From positions 77,066,001 through 77,130,000 of the forward strand of contig OZ320316.1 in assembly GCA_976226885.1 (NCBI GenBank): a stretch of DNA of 64,000 nt. The letters are read 5' to 3'. The notes under the pieces were generated by a model. It worked only from the letters and a program-made list of their open reading frames with translations, was not told the DNA's origin and ran no database searches. The stretch comes from Iphione sp. A-MEVVRFRX5 (lineage: Eukaryota). This document shows, one piece after another, positions 35,901-48,701 of the stretch; the stretch's first letter is position 1, and each line of letters opens with the position of its first letter. The position numbers were made by a program, and so were the translations under genes.

Positions 35901-36752
35901 CTTATGATACGCATATCCTAAACGGTAAGCATGAATCTCAATGGCTTATAGATATGTGTTCTCTAGAATATAGTTGCACACGCTGGTAAACTTTAATAAA
36001 ACGATATTCCTGTTTTCCCTGACCGTCATAGCTCCACTGAAACAACACAATCCCACTTTCTCCCACAAACACCTCAGTTCATTGACGGAACGATCATGTC
36101 AGAACTTTATAAAGCAATCTTCGTCGTGCCTTTACTCATAGAACGGTTTCGAGACTAGAGATGCTTGAAAGCTCGAACACGCTAAAAACTAGGACTTCCC
36201 ACGTAGTCTCGTTGAAAAATCTTTCTTTCTCTCATGTGATTGTCGTCCATTTTAGCACAATTGTACGCTAAAATTCCCATTATTCGTGCACCCCCTTACA
36301 GTTTAGCATGACACCATTTGCATGGGAAGGGTTGTGACAATTAAAAAGCATGCGATACCCCCCATACACCATCAGATCCACATGCAATGCACTGACATCT
36401 GCTTCTGTTTTTCTTATAGTAGGTGTTAGGATTAATATAGCAACCTTTTAACTTTTTTCTTGACGATCCATTCCTTTAAACACTCGTTATTCCGCAAGAC
36501 ACAAAACAAAAATCAGTTTGAGTATGGCCTCGTTGTGTTAGTTTTCTTCCAAGCAACAAAATCGTCCCATTTAGTTTTTTGTAAAGGGGGGTCCCTGAAC
36601 GGCACGTGTGATGATGCGTCAGTCTTTAAAGGCAACCATTTCGCTTTGCTCCAAATGTTAACCATGACCGCAAGGCCAAATAGAGGACGAACATGGGAGC
36701 AGGAGAGGTTAGAGAACATGAACATCCATAAACCAAATTACAGTCAGCTTAC

Positions 36753-36767
36753 CTTTTGGTACCGATG
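36753..36767 (-). CDS. 15-nt microexon HRYQK (plectin 2-alpha-like)
   Basis: ctgttatattcttattttcaaacag|CATCGGTACCAAAAG|gtaagc: strong acceptor and donor, phase 0/0, same size and position as plectin 2-alpha (HWRAE). Confidence 0.75.
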
Positions 36768-39700
36768 CTGTTTGAAAATAAGAATATAACAGATGCAATT
36801 ACTGCTCCAATACTCATGAAAATCAACGTGTTTTACACACTTTCGATGGGCTATTTTTATGACTATGTATCAAGAAGGCACAAATTTCTTCGTATGACAC
36901 TAGTATATGTGATTCTATGACTGTGGTTTATCATACCAAGTCTACTTATGAAATTATCCTGTCACATATAGTAGTGGTAAGTACCAAGTCATCAGCAGTC
37001 CAATCCAGTTGTCAATGATGAAAAAAACTGGATTCCCATAATGACTGAGAGTCTGGCACAAACAGAGTGTCACAGAAGTATGAAGACACAATATACCAAC
37101 AAAAACGCCTCTGTTCATTGCCTACTTCAAAGAACGTGATGCTCTCTATTTCATCGCGACGCCATACATACAGGCATTCATTCTTCGAACGAACACAATC
37201 TGCTGGTTCAAAAAATGCCCCACAGCATTAACTAACGGTTACGGTTGCGCTATATATAACTTAATGAAACCAATTACGAATCGCACCTACTCGTCCTTTT
37301 GGTCGGAGTGAGAAAAACAGAATTTCAATGAGGGTGTGAGAGCGACCCAAGCAAAGTCTCTGGAAAATACACTGGATTTCCCAAGTGGCAACAGGCGATA
37401 GTTCATGCATTCAGGAAACAAATATTTCAAGTTCCGAATGCATGTACATGTACATGCAGATCACTATCAACTGTCATTTGGTGTAGCACTTCAGGACATG
37501 GTAATCTCGGAGTCATCGGTATACAATCTTAAGGGGAATAAATATTGATAGCCAAAATAGGAAACTGCACATCAGTTAAATCGGAGGGAATTCATCTCAA
37601 ATATGCCACACCATCACGTTAATGATGCGATCTTGAAAGATGGCTCGAAGTTGAGTTTTAAAGAATCCATAGTAAAAAAATTCCTTACTTTATTCGCGAT
37701 GAGTGGCAGCATTGTTAGATATACTTACACATATCCAAAACTAATTAAAAAATGGTGTCATATGTACATGTATTTTGCTACACTGTGTGAGCCAATTGCT
37801 CAAACTAAAATCTGATGGGTTTAAGGTGAATTGTTTGAAAATTACTTAATTTGTCGCACCACAAATTGCCATTAAAAAACATTTAGTAACTTTAACCTTC
37901 ATAGGTATTGCAGTTGGTGTGATATCATATACACGGTCGTTCTGAATCAGTTAATACCCCTGGCCATGGCGGCTTGAAAAAAGGCGTCCTAATTATACGG
38001 GCTGAAGTAAGGGTTACATCAGTCACAATGGTCCCCCCCGCGGGCAGAAGTAAGGATCGTTGTCAAAAAGCCATACACATGTACACCTCCGCTCTTAAAG
38101 GTCTCCAACCACGCGCCATTATTAGACTAAAAGCGGCTCTTTGGGTGGCGATGCATTCATCACGATTAAAAAAAGACTGGGAGGTGGAGTGGGGGATGGC
38201 ATGCAACATCGAATGCAGGCATTCGGGTTGAGAGCGGTCGGTACGGGTCTCCGAATATAGGCAATCGTGCAATGCCGAAATATAAAATTCAAACGCTAGC
38301 TCACTAAGAGAGACATTGTATACATGTACTTGAGAGCGAACATAGGCGCACAGTTAGGTAGCCTCTTTATCTTGGAATAATACGTGTACTGCCTACGTGT
38401 TGGTACCCATCGTCTGTACGTCCGATTGAGGAACCTGATGGATTCAGCCTCGTAGTTCTTCTAGTCAGCGAAGCATTGTGAAAATAATGCATTCTCTTCT
38501 TTTCATGGATATTCATCACTCTTGTTGCTTTGTCGGGCACGTTGTGGCTTAGAAAATAGCTAAGTACATTTTTACACTAGATAAAGTTGGTAAACCCGAA
38601 TTTTCATGTGACCATGCTTCTCGTTTGTGTGTTCGTGCAACACAGATGGATGTTTTTTTTACTGAAGCAAGTTCCAGTCAAAGAAGCACAGATCCTTGTT
38701 ATTGACATGGACACATGGACAAGAAGGACCGTCAAATGAAAACTGGGACTGAAAGCCTTTTTGTGGCACAACATGCCTGCGCGGACACTGCTTGGTGTAT
38801 TTATCAGTTCAAGCAGAAATTTCCTGCCATAAACCTTCTCGTAATACTAAAACATTCACACTTGACGTGTGCTGCTTAAATATATCGAACCGAGTTTATT
38901 CTATCCTGAGTCTCGCCATACACCGGGCTACTTTCGTGGGAAAAAATGGACGTTGTCTTTGGGACCAACATGACATGAATCTCGGGCTTTTGTATACATA
39001 TATATTAGTTATTCAGACGTTGAACTTCCGTGATGTCCTTGTTAAACATCAGTAGTAGCAGTGATGACTGATGCACGCGATTCGGATCAATGGTTTTCGC
39101 CCTCTCCCTGTCTGTCTCCCTCACACAACTGATGCTGACCAAACGCAGAATATTTCGCAAAGACTTGGAAAGTTAGTATGGCTTTGTTCCACTAATACAA
39201 AACATTGCCACCTCTAATATACAAATCGATGGCGTTTATTTCTGAGATGCATGTTTCAAGCCGTTCATTTAACGGTTGAAATGTCTCTGCGTGCTATTTG
39301 CTATTATCCCTGAAAAATCAGGGAATTGGATGGGGACTGACATTGTGGGAGGGAGGGAAGGAATGTCTGCGTGGGAGGTTTTTACAGATGTCAGTGTATG
39401 GTTGACTAATACAATAATATGAAGGAAAACTTCGGGATCGGGTAATTCAAAGAAAGTAAGGCATTATCCGGAGATGTAAATGCCGACAGGACGCCCGTGT
39501 TGAAAGAAAGCCACGTATTACTTGCAGCGACGAAACCCAGTTTCCTTATGCACTGAGTATGTTCAGTTATCATTTTCGGCGAATTGAATGGTGCGTCAAT
39601 GATTGATAACTTATCAGATCTTATCAGTATATTGATGCCGGTAGACATGAAACACTTTCAAGAGCTGGGTTCGTGGAACAGGTCGTTTTTGTTCTAAGTC

Positions 39701-40881
39701 GCCTTGGTTCACAGTCGCGATACCACAATCCGACAACTTGTGCCCTTCTCATCTACTGAGTAAAGACCTGTTATCTATAGATTCAAACTGTACGACTCTA
39801 CTCCACCCCTAACTTCTTTGTGTAACATTAATCTAACCTGTAATGTCTCTAAATATGACAACGGATATGCCGACTTGAGACAGCAAACATGCAGTTACAT
39901 CTCACTACTTCAAATCTCTATGGTTGCGAGATTCGTCATCTGAACTACTAAATAATCTGAGGTACTGAATCATAAAATCAGCTTGATAATAATGCTATTG
40001 TTGTCACACGTTTGAAATATTAATATGTTCGAAGTTCCAACGATTCCACGTAGCAAGGTTTAACTGTACTGTAAATCGTGACGGGTCACAAAAACAAACA
40101 TGTACATGGTTCTCTACATGCAAGAGACGTTAAGCCTACAGGTTTTAACAGCGATAAATTATATCCCAAGAACGGATGATACGGTCACTGGATTAGTTTG
40201 CAATGGACCTCCAGTCTTTGGTCACTGGATAAAAACAAACATCACCCCCAGCTCGCCATGGACAACGTCGACAGTGACACTGCACCTGCTGCACATTTCA
40301 CACCTGAGTAAAATGGGTCGCTGCCTCGCAGACCCTTCCTTAATGTTGTGAATATGACAATATTATGGCAGAAACACTCATGACCAATATTTTTGCGGAA
40401 TACATGTTTTTACTTTTCACTTTTAAAAAATCTGCAGAACAAGTTCAGTTTAATACACTGTCGAACTACCTATATTCCTGTCATTGATTAAGGTACAGTT
40501 TTCTAAGAAAAAAATATTTGTGGGATATCGTTCCTTGTTCAGAAATGTGTAGCATTTTTTTACTACCGACTTTTCACCTGGAAACGAAAAAATACAAGTC
40601 CCGGAGCTTTCCCAAGCACATACTAGTGGTATCCTTTTAACTAAACAGGCATAGTGGCCGGTGTATCTTCCAAAGCAAAGGTCAGCTGCTTGCTCCAGTT
40701 GGACAATCTGCTCAGGCATAGCAGTGAACCAATCGACCATGGGGAGCTAAACTGGCTGCGTTTCAATTTTCCTGCTGCTAGTTTGGCGGCAGCAGTAGTT
40801 CAAATCCGGGTCAGAAAGCCTACGCACAGGCAGTAGTAGTACGTGGGTGGTGTGTGATCAAGAAAACTATACTTATCTCAC

Positions 40882-40959
40882 CTTGTAGGGGACCCTCTCC
40901 CAGTCCACTCTCAGGCCATAAACTTCCATAAAGAAGTCGACTAATTGGGCAGATGGTGT
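40882..40959 (-). CDS. Candidate 78-nt cassette exon TPSAQLVDFFMEVYGLRVDWERVPYK
   Basis: Acceptor ctttttatccccgtaatccag, donor AAG|gtgaga, 26 open codons, phase 0/0. Confidence 0.5.
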
Positions 40960-41180
40960 CTGGATTACGGGGATAAAAAGGCCGCGTTGTTCGGATTATC
41001 GTCTTAAGCTTTGGGTAATTTTGCTAGGAAAGGTTTATATTGCACAGCCTGTCTTATGACGTTTAATCACATTGTAGTTTGTTATTTGATGTTCAGACCT
41101 TTTTCACAATGGGACCAAAAATGGGTATACCGCAGGGAATTCATTTTGATGGCATTTCGTCTCGTAGCAGGATTTTTTTT

Positions 41181-41490
41181 GCAGGGTATTTCCCAGGCTT
41201 GGGACTCTTGATCACAACCAGACAGATTTACTGTAGCCCCAACCCAGAGTGGTCCACAACTGATAAAAAGGCCGTGGGTTTATAGGATTCTGTCCTCTAT
41301 GCACAAAAAGACCTCAGAAACCTATTCAAAATAAGAGTAGGGAGCAACTCTGGACATTCTGGTCTCTCAATTCTCAACAATAGATGGTAGTATGCTACCC
41401 CAGGAGAATATGGAAGAACCCTGCCATGTGATTGGGAAAATCTAGTTCCTGGTTAAAGATACAATGAAATGAAAAAATGAAAATGAAAAA
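41181..41490 (+). mobile_element. Second, 5'-truncated copy of the same SINE, opposite orientation
   Basis: Aligns by eye with the reverse complement of 63147-63420 (gcttgggactc.tgatcacaaccaga.agatttactgtagccccaacccagagtggtccacaact...) and ends in atgaaatgaaaaaatgaaaatgaaaa. Confidence 0.8.
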
Positions 41491-41689
41491 CACCTCACCG
41501 GTCCTCATCCCCTTACAACATCCATTTAGAACAGAACTGAGGCCTTACAGTTCGCGGGTGACGATATCAGAAAACGCTCCACATATAGCTGAATTAGGAT
41601 GTGGTGGTTATGCTCAAGTACAGCCAAACACCAGCCCCGTTAGAGCTAAAATGGTTGTAATAGCAAGAACGGTCGGAGATCAATTTCAG

Positions 41690-41799
41690 GGGGTTCCAGC
41701 TTGAAAATAAACAACCCTTTCTCCCCCTCTCTCTCTACCAACTTCCCACAGGGAGTCAAGCTTGGAAATAAACTCCCTTTCTCCCTCTCTTTCTACCAA
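41690..41799 (+). repeat. Imperfect tandem duplication of about 50 bp
   Basis: ggggttccagcttgaaaataaacaaccctttctccccctctctctctaccaa versus gggagtcaagcttggaaataaactccctttctccctctctttctaccaa. Confidence 0.7.
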
Positions 41800-44700
41800 G
41801 TAAATACAGTTTGCAGTTGACACCTTGGGTCAGCTTGGGTTGCAGTTCTACCATTATCTTTGGTCAAACTTCTGCTATTATCCCTTTCAACATGACTTTA
41901 AATGGTCGGAAATCGACATTAAAACACACTACAAATGACACTAGCCTGGCTAGTCATAGGCTGACATCAATTAAAAATCAATTTGGTTGAAAATCATCAC
42001 TTTGCATATTAACTACAGAAAGCACTTCCATTCTGAATTCAATTGGTTGGATTAGCAAATCTGGTCAGAAATCGATGTGGCCTCAAATAGGCATTTGACT
42101 GTACGCTACAAATGTGCCATTAACCTTGCAGAGTATATATAATGGCTGCTTGTTGTTAATAGAGCTGCTCTCTGCTCAGTTCTTCACATGATACTATGGA
42201 CAAGATTTCTGATCTGTATACATGTATATACATGTACATGTATACTCTTTGGTTTGCATATGTCATCTGAGAAACTGTTAAGAAGTGAGGGGCACGTAAA
42301 GTCTGCAATTTACTTGTGAGGTGTTACCTCTCCTCTGAATTAAAGTATACTGTAAACTGCCCATTTTCTGTTGTTATGTTATGTACGTTTTTACGTTGGC
42401 ATTATGGACCGTTGTTAGTAAATGAAACCCTTTCGAGTTGGCTATCAATTCAGTCAAACATGTGTATGATGGTCCATGAATTTAACTTGGGTTGAGTCTC
42501 GTCTGAATCAATTTATAACGCATCCTAAGGAATATGAATGGAAATTGAGGATACAGATTGGTAAAATACGTGGGCCATAGGTTCTGGTGGTAAGGACAAG
42601 AATATGATGAATTAATTTCTGCTATATTTGATCATTATGGTGATTAAACCATATACGGGCACGAGCCGTATGTCAAGGACCGCCCCCCCCCCCACATTAC
42701 CTATTTTGTCTCTTTAGACTAACCCCTCAGGATGTACTTCTGTACTGGCATGCTACAAAGTCGACTTGTAGGTATGTATTCTTGGAAATCGTTGCTTATT
42801 TGTATTGCTAAATATCATAACCTCAATACGAAAAACATCCGAGCCCATTTGTGTCCAGGATACGTGTTCTATAGCGTGCTTCCTGGACGTACGACATAAT
42901 TAAGAAAGGATCTGAAACGCTCGCCTCTTTTTAATATCTGTCGGCCCTGGACGAATATTTATAGACCAAACGTCATCGGTACAGAAGGAATGCGCACCTA
43001 GGTTCTCATGCTGGGCTTGGCGTTCAGACAGACACTTGAGATTTATTCCAGTTGAGCTCTGCTTAAGGTCATATGTGCAAGTTGGTCACGAGAGCCCATA
43101 TATCTCTTTGCAGTGAAGAGGGTGTCTTAACCTTTGTCATCGACAACCAGCGGACCGGACCCAGTTGTATTGAGTGTGGTTGGCCGTCACACTCAACCAA
43201 CGGTTGACGGTTGATTGCTCTGTTATGTGTTTACTGCGGCCAGACTTCGGTAAACCGGTCTACCTTTACGACTATCTCTCGAGATAAAAGTGTGGAAATG
43301 CCCTTAAATACTAGTGTGTTGCTCGTGTTTATCGATTTACTGTCGCAGACTTAGCGACTTGCCCTTTTCTCTCCTGTGTTTAGTCTAATGGTAATACATG
43401 TAGACGTACTTATCCTTGTGTAAACCAATTAATTTCCACGGTTCATACATTGAATTAATTTACATATTAAAAAAAATTCGTGCCGGGCGAGTTAACGTGA
43501 CTAGCTGGACACATTACTGACGTTAACTGAAAGGTCCAGGACGTCGATTGCTAGTGCTATTCAGGACAGAGCAGTCTCGTCCATTACACTGCCCAGACAC
43601 ACACTCACGGTATGGGCTTAAGACTGATGAATATCTGGAGGGCAGGTCCTTGCTGACACCTTTTGCGCCAGGTGTTGCATCCTTCGTGACGAGCATCTCC
43701 AGTCGACTTGGGCGGCTCTCTTCGGCTGCGCGATCTCAGAGACGAGCTTCCGATCTTCGCCGTCAGGGTGCCTTCGGGCGAGACCGCACGTCTTCTCACC
43801 GACGCCGGGGTCAGGTCACGGGTTAAAAAGGTCAGGACAGTCCGTGATGGTTCGATGGCATGGCGGGGGCGTACCGTGTCTCTCCTGTTCCTAGCCCGCC
43901 ATAACTCGAAATGGAACGTCAACATCAAAGGGTATTGCAAACAGGCCCGTACAATAGACATAAATGGCTTCCCGGCCGTGTGCATGTGAACGTATGTCCC
44001 GAGCATAACGTGTGGCCAGAACGATACAAGACCATCTTTCATGCTGGTCACTAATGCACGGACACCTTTGACTGTCCCTTTGACCTTGATGCCTTTTGTC
44101 ATTTTGACAATGGTAAACAAGTATGATTTGCAGCTGGCGGAAATCCACGTCGACATTTCTAATTACAGGTGTTTCTAAATTTAGTCTGGGGTCATATTCA
44201 TATATAGTATGCCTGCATATTGTACTGTAGATCAAACTGTGACACTGTATACAAACACAGTCATCTGTTTCGTAAGAGAGGGAAACATTCTTTAAGTTCC
44301 TTCCCTCTAAAGTAAATTGTTGCTGTTAGGCGCATTGCTTTATATGATTATTGTTTGAATAGTTGGGGGTAAAATGGTAACAACCTGTTCAATCTAGGTG
44401 GCAGTATCAACATTTATCTGTGGGGCATGGTGGCGGTAGCTTGCATGGCTAGCGTGGCTGTTATAACTTGGACCACGGTATGTGTGAGGCTCTTGGCAGT
44501 TAGCTAGGTTACTGTGTACTTAAAAGGCACACGTCGCTGCTACGTGTAGCTGCCAACATGTCAATACCTGATAACTAGCCACTGAAAAACACACATTCAT
44601 ACACACACGAAGGTACAGGTACCCCGCGGTGAGCACCGCTTCCCACAGATACGACTTACAGCTTCTTCATCCTTTCCATCAAGTCATTTACATGCCTCTA

Positions 44701-46294
44701 TTTTCTGAACTATGCAGCGAAGGGTGGATGGGTACGTATTAGTTGGCATTCATCTGGAAAATAGATAGGAACTTGATGCAAGGAAAAGCACTCCCTCTTG
44801 AGGTATGGAAATATGCACATGTTCCTCTAACGTCGTGCATGCACCGACTGGATTCTTCAATGTACTCATTTAACAAATGCTAGTCATCTACCCATGTACA
44901 CATAAATGCCTTTCAGATTCAATAGATCGTAGTTTACGGTCACACTTCCCCCTGCAGTTGCATCTGATGGTCCCTGGGCACTGTCCACAAGCTCCGTGGA
45001 CAAAGCTAGAACGTTTTATAACATACCCCGCCCGCCCTTATATTTAACCTGGCAATGGTTCGAAAGTTAAAAAATTGTTGAAACAATGCATGCGTTTTTA
45101 AGACCTTCCCATTTCATTCTTTGACTTCTGACATTCTGGTACAAGCAAAATGGCATCAGTCGGAACAACAAGCTGGAGCCTGTATAGGCTTCTATCCTAT
45201 TCTATTTGCGTAAAATTAATACCATGACAAAACGTCCTCACTATGTACTGGAATCTGCCATTTCTGTGGTTATCTGATGTTGCCTATAAGTTCTCCTTTA
45301 TCACCGGGCTGCCTGCCTGATGACTGGGCAAAATCATTTAGAGGCTATCAGTACTTTCCGTTGTTTGTTAACAGACACTGCTGTTTGTCACCGAGTCAAC
45401 TTCCTCTGACCAGATGACGGCAGACTGTCAATAACCAAAGCAGTGAGCCTTCAGCCCACTCAGTACTCCAGGGACCATTGACTCTGCGACATTGTGGACT
45501 CTGTCACCTTGCAGTCCTTGGGCAACAGGTCGCCATGATGAGCCGCCGGCCTGCGGCCTGTTTGATCTCCACTCACTGCCAAGTTAACTCAATGTTTGCG
45601 GCAGCCAGAATGCAGCTTTCCCGAAGGTAATTTCGTTCTCAAAGTAAATGTCCCTTAAGGTAATGTGGGTTTGTATTGGTTTTCATTCACGGTTATACGG
45701 AGATTTCATTCCAGGCCAGATACTTAAAAATATAGTCAGAACTCAACAGACCGAAAAAAAAAAGCATGGCTGATGCAAAAATCGTGGGTATTTTGCATTT
45801 AGCTAGTTTAATAGTTTGAATACAAAACAGCAGGGCATTGGTCATAATAAGGACCTACGAGGTCTAGTGTCCCCCGCTAGCTGTTCAATTTAGTAGAACT
45901 CATTTTTCTGCTTAGGTGAGTACACAATTGCATGGGCTTAGCTCTATATCCTCTCATGTACGTGTGTACACACATATTTTCTCTTTTTTATATTAAAAAT
46001 GCTTTGAAAAACACAAAATTAGCCAGTACCAAGTACAATGTACCTACATACACGAAAATAATATAAAAGAATCGGCACATTTGCCTTGAGAGTAATATAA
46101 TAAAGTTAAAAGATCCACATTATCATGACGGACAGTCTGATAGCAGTATTCCGAGGTCACCCCTCTTTGGACGCGGGGGACAATACAAAGTTGGAATTTT
46201 GTCTTTGTTGGACCATAGAATGTCATTTCACTTAAGTCTACCTGTACATGCATGTACACCTCTCTGGTGACAGAAAGAAACGCAATGCACAGAA

Positions 46295-46435
46295 NNNNNN
46301 NNNNNNNNNNNNNNNNNNNNNNNNNNNNNNNNNNNNNNNNNNNNNNNNNNNNNNNNNNNNNNNNNNNNNNNNNNNNNNNNNNNNNNNNNNNNNNNNNNNN
46401 NNNNNNNNNNNNNNNNNNNNNNNNNNNNNNNNNNN
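46295..46435. other. Assembly gap (N run)
   Basis: 141 consecutive N. Confidence 1.
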
Positions 46436-48437
46436 AGATGTAATCATTCTAGAAGAGCTGCTAACTGGACTTAAGTTTCACAAACACTGTTTTAAGTACA
46501 TGTATATGACACAAATCCACGGTATTCATTACTAGTTTAACTACACCCGTTTTGTTACCATCGCACTTCTTATCAAGTGACGCAGATACCTTACTATGTT
46601 CTTGTTAGGTTCTCGTGTCCAGATATATATTGCCCTACAGAATAAAGGTGACTTGACATGATACTGCGTATGTTGTGTTAACCATCCAGTCTTCAGACTT
46701 CATATACAAGTCTCATACTTTCGAGGACATCCTTCTTACTAGAGCTAGTTACATCACCTACCTTAACCAAACCAACAGTGACTCATTGGATACATACCTG
46801 TGAAAAAAGAAAAACAATCCGTAAGTGAACATACCAAAAATGTAACGATTCATAATTGTTAACCTTTTCCTGTGGATGTGAAATGCAAACGCGAAAAGTG
46901 TTAGTACAATGGAATGAGTAGTACAACAAAACACAAAGGGTCCAACAAAGCATCATAACATATTAATTCTTGTCGACTTTCTGAAATCATTGTCCGTTGC
47001 AACAGAATTGCTACACGCGTCAAGGAGCATGTACACAAGCAGGTACATTAGTTAGGCCTTTCTCTTTCTGTTGTCACCCGAAACACTGTGACCTTTAGCT
47101 CCAACTACATATACTGAATCAGATATGGAGCAAAGAAGAAACAAGATTATGGATGAAATGGACGAAGCAATGAGAAACATGGCTGGCTGGGTGCCAGATC
47201 GTCCGCTGATCTGCACCAAATAGCATTTTCATTCCCCACCCTTTTATCTGCTTGCTTCGTATACATGTACATTTATTACTGTCGAGCCACCAGGGGTAAG
47301 AATGCGTCGTCTAATCAAATATGCGGGCGAAACATGTAGCTAATATCGTGCAATAGCACGAGGAGGATGTGTGTTAAACAATTCAGAGCACATTACAGTC
47401 GGCGGAACAAAGCCAACAGGATGATATCACTTTTTGATGATTATTTCTAGAATGTGGGCAGGCACTTACTAAAAAAGGGTCTTATTTTTGCTTGCACCAG
47501 AAAGACCCACATATACATGTATTTTATGATCTCGCCTCAATCACTTCCTCTGTATTATATAGCATGCAGGCAATGAATGCAGCTAACAACATGCTGTCTG
47601 GATGTTTCAGTTTGCTTACAATACATCTAGCCATATGACTCCAGCATACTCGTATATATATATGTGTGTATGAACGGAGCTTTCTCAATGATTAAACCGA
47701 TATATGATGCAATGAAACCACATATGGTTTAAAATAGCTGGATTGACATGTCATTATAATGACAGCAATATACAGTCGAGAATGTCTTACTCTAAGAATA
47801 TACAGCGATTCCCAATCTGGAAAGTTTATTCTCAAAGTCATCAATGACCTATTCCTAATAAGAACAAATCATGTAAATTTCTGTGAAATGTTAAGGGCAT
47901 GTATGAATAATTTTGTTTACGTTCCTCCAGTGCTGCTATTTCTGGAGACCTCCAGAAAAAATAACATTCGCTATTGCAAGTTTGGCAATCAAAAACTTTA
48001 GTACTGAAACAAATATTATAATTACATGTATATCATTGTTATCAACCCCAACTAGCTTAGGAATTATACCAACAGGACGTAATAAAGGAAGGTGTTCAGG
48101 TGTTCTTCTCGTTTCTTTCTTTTTCAAAAAAGAAACGATATAAAAGCACAAAGCTAATAAAAAGCCATATCTATAGAAAAATCTAAACGTATAAGCTAGG
48201 CGTTGTTATACATAACAAAACATGGTGGGCTGGAAAAACAGGGTCATGAAAACAAATACGCAAGAATATGAAAATGGGAGGTTCTTGGCATCCTGGAGAG
48301 TTTGGCTGAGGCATGGCATCCGTTCTTGGGAGCGGTGCCTAATGGAATCTTGGGATGAAACAGGGGAATCAGGGATTAGCGAGTCAGTATGATCAACGTC
48401 ACACAATGGCGTTGTCATGTGGTCATGCCCGGTGTAC

Positions 48438-48701
48438 CTGGTCCGGCAGAGAGGCGTCTCGATCGTCCCTGTCTTCATGATAATACATGTAGCTCTCAAA
48501 ATGGCGAGTGCCCTCTGAGTCACAGGACGAGGCCCGACGAGGGGGGAAGGGCCCCTCGAACTGGTATGGCTCTGACACCAAGTAGGAGGGCTCAGGAAAT
48601 TCCAAGCCATACAAGGAGTATTCGGGATACCTTCGTACTTCACTGTACTGTGGGCACTCGTTAGAGGGATTGGGCTTCTTCGTCTTTGCCTTTTCAGCAG
48701 C
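48438..48701 (-). CDS. Candidate 264-nt cassette exon (88 aa, AAEKAKTKKPNPSNECPQYSEV...DRDDRDASLPDQ)
   Basis: Acceptor ggcttttgtttctag, open for 88 codons, donor CAG|gtacac, phase 0/0; GC-rich island in an AT-rich intron. Confidence 0.55.

Noticed and set aside
40567-40590. Second AG|GT juxtaposition (ttttttcgtttccag|gtgaaa)
   Set aside because: The regenerated donor is weaker than at 46797 and it sits among other exon candidates, so it is not called separately.
46238-46535. ORFs containing X runs
   Set aside because: Assembly-gap artefacts.
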